A DNA stretch of 64,000 nt from Spirochaetota bacterium. Lineage in GTDB: Bacteria; Spirochaetota; UBA4802; UBA5550. Made by a program: the position numbers and the translations under genes. The notes beneath the pieces were generated by a model. It worked only from the letters and a program-made list of their open reading frames with translations, was not told where the DNA came from and did no database searches. Shown piece by piece: positions 61,668-64,000 of this stretch; position 1 is the first letter of the stretch; the number at the start of each line of letters is the position of its first letter. The stretch is from assembly GCA_963664815.2 (NCBI GenBank), contig CAXXHB010000003.1, forward strand, positions 1,056,001 through 1,120,000. The letters are read 5' to 3'.

Positions 61668-62809
61668 ATGTCATTAACCGAAGATGTTAAAAGTTACGCG
61701 CTTGAACTTGGTTATAGTGCTGTGGGGGTCACTACAGCGGATCCATTTCCCATGTATGCGAATGCGCTGAATGAACGATCCGCGGATTATGACTGGGCGA
61801 TAAACACCGGGCTTGGACTGGAGAATGCAGTTGATCCGGCTAACCGGCTGAAGGGTGCGAAATCTATTATCGTAGCCATTTATGATTATTTCAAAGAGCA
61901 CTTCCCTGAAAATCTTGTAGGCAGGATCGGCAGATTGTACCAATCGCGTTCCTACATAGAGCCTCCCACAAGTATCGGTGGCGTACGCGTGCAACTGATG
62001 CGGCAGTTCCTTGAATCGAGGGGGATTCAGGTTGGAAAATGGTTTATGATTTCATCTGGTGTCCCCGACCGACTTGCGGCAGTCCGCGCCGGAGTAGGGG
62101 AAATAGGCCGTAATACAGTTGTATGTACACCCGGAATAGGAACTTTTATTCTCATCCACACCTATATTGTTGATGCCGAACTGGAATATGACAAACCTGC
62201 TGAATTGACACACTGCCCGGCCGGCTGCAGATTGTGCGTCGATGCCTGCCCGACAGGAGCAATTGTGGGTGATTTCCGTATTAATCCGCGTAGATGCATT
62301 ACATTCAATAATGTTGTTAATGTCCAGGGCTTCCAAAACACAACGTCATATATAGATACTGAACTTCGGCCTAAAATGGCATGCTGGATCCACGGATGCG
62401 ATGTCTGCCAGGCAGTATGTCCGCGTAATCAGGTGAAGCTCAATGCCGGGCTGCCGGAAAACGCCTTTCTGGAGCAACTGCGAAAAAATTCAGTCTGCCC
62501 GGACTCCTGAAAATGGACACTGAGTTTGAAAAAAAAGCAGTGGCCCCTCTTATGCATATTTATATCCGCAACCGGAAGTATTTTCAGCGGAATGCTGCGA
62601 TAGCAATGGGGAACAGCGGTGATGCGGAGATGGTGTCTTACCTGGCAGATGCAATGAGAGATCCGGAGGAACTGGTAAGGGCTCATTCAGCCTGGGCGCT
62701 GGGGAATCTGGGTGGCTCCAAAGCAAAGGCCATACTGGAATCCTGTTTAAGATCTGAGAACAGCGAACAGGCGAAAAGGGAGATTATTGATGCATTGGAA
62801 AGAGCCTGA
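61668..62809 (+). pseudogene. queG: epoxyqueuosine reductase-like gene split by a -1 frameshift near 62483
   Basis: CPAGCRLCVDACPTGA, RRCI and GCDVCQAVCPRN in ORF1. The -1 frame continues AKKFSLPGLLKMD into RNAAIAMGN..AWALG HEAT repeats. Confidence 0.75.
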
Positions 62810-63000
62810 ACATTCCTGCCATGTTATTTTATCTCCATTGAGCAGGAATGAATTGACTAAGCAGTAAAATGAAGTATGGATGATTATGACAGATTACCAG
62901 TTTATGTAATGCTGTTTCAGTGAAATTATTATTTAAGATGTTAGCTATACTTTGTGAAGGTTCTTTTATTAAAATATTAAGGGAGGATATAATAACAATA

Positions 63001-63879
63001 ATGACTATATTAAGTAATCCTTTTAAAGAGAGTTCTGGTGAGTCAGATAATGATGCCTATTACGTAAAACGTGCTTTGGAGGGGGACAACGAATCACTTG
63101 AATATCTGATATTAAGGCATCAGTCATGGATTTTCAATATATCCCTGCGCTTTGTCGGCGATGCTCTGGATGCAGAAGATATAACTCAGGAAATATTAAT
63201 AAAAATAATCACAAGACTTTCAACATATGACTCTGATAAATCGGCTTTCAGAACATGGCTTTACCGTATAACCATAAACCATATTTTGAATATTAAACAG
63301 AGTAAAAAAGAAGCTGTATTCGGATTCTTTTCTTCCAGGTCCGATCTGAATGATTTGATCGAATTTCAGCCGGACACCAGAAAAATTAAAGCCGCAGGTG
63401 ATGAATTGATGGACCGTGAGACTAAAATAAATTGTTCTCTGTGCATTTTATTGTGTCTTTCGAGAATGGAACGGCTGATTTTTATGCTGGGTGTAATATT
63501 TGATATCCCAGACAGGCTCGGAGCTGAAATATGTGAAGTTACATACTCAAATTACCGGAAGATACTGTCAAGGTCGAGAAATAAGGTATTCGAGTTTTTC
63601 AATAAAAACTGCAGTTTTATAAAACAAAGCAATCCCTGTTCATGTAACCAGCAGACCGATAAGATGATTGCTGCCGGAATTATAAATGCCGGTGATCTGC
63701 TGGAGAACAGGGAGTCATACGGCAGAATTCGTGATGTTGTAGGAAATGCAATCAGTGATATCGAAGACACGTATTATGAATTTACAATGCTTATAAAAGA
63801 CAGACCATTCTTTAAAGGCCCGGATATGGTCGCATGGATAAGTGATCTGCTGCACAGGAAGATAATCAGGGTAGGATGA
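63001..63879 (+). CDS. ECF sigma factor with Cys-rich C-terminal extension
   Basis: DAEDITQE..FRTWLYRI (region 2), region 4, then CSFIKQSNPCSC; GGAGG RBS. Confidence 0.88.
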   Translation: MTILSNPFKESSGESDNDAYYVKRALEGDNESLEYLILRHQSWIFNISLRFVGDALDAEDITQEILIKIITRLSTYDSDKSAFRTWLYRITINHILNIKQSKKEAVFGFFSSRSDLNDLIEFQPDTRKIKAAGDELMDRETKINCSLCILLCLSRMERLIFMLGVIFDIPDRLGAEICEVTYSNYRKILSRSRNKVFEFFNKNCSFIKQSNPCSCNQQTDKMIAAGIINAGDLLENRESYGRIRDVVGNAISDIEDTYYEFTMLIKDRPFFKGPDMVAWISDLLHRKIIRVG

Positions 63880-64000
63880 GTTTTTCGATGATGTGTATTT
63901 ATCAGTTTATCCTGTCATTCATGGTATGGATTATAACATTGAAACACCTGTTTTTATATTTATAATTGAGGCTTTAACCCCTTCATAACATACGACTTAT

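Noticed and set aside
62508-62510. TGA in the queG-like gene as selenocysteine or readthrough
   Set aside because: The continuation is in a different frame, so readthrough would not restore the protein.

Overview
A 64 kb bacterial chromosomal segment. Spirochaete-type lipoprotein signals and a KWG/WG-repeat protein suggest an environmental, probably anaerobic Spirochaetota genome (inference only). Core genes are pyc, kdpABCDE, nudC, tyrS and a frameshift-split queG-like gene. There are also four sensor kinases (PAS, PocR, GAF or MASE3 input), an orphan RND pump, several regulator/target pairs with visible palindromic operators, one IS701-like element with a 7-bp target duplication, and two TA loci (one with a decayed toxin). 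The best candidate novel system is a four-gene operon (18897-22531) combining a PhcB-like SAM methyltransferase (candidate autoinducer synthase), a PhcS-like membrane sensor fused to a PP2C phosphatase, and SiaB/RsbW-like kinase and SiaC/STAS-like proteins: a putative quorum-sensing circuit read by partner switching. Other highlights are an attC-like cassette relic carrying a TIR-fold gene, a leader-peptide attenuator on a vat/cat-like gene, and an unannotated 49-aa Cys-motif protein. No rRNA, tRNA or CRISPR array was seen. All family assignments are from motif recognition, not database searches.
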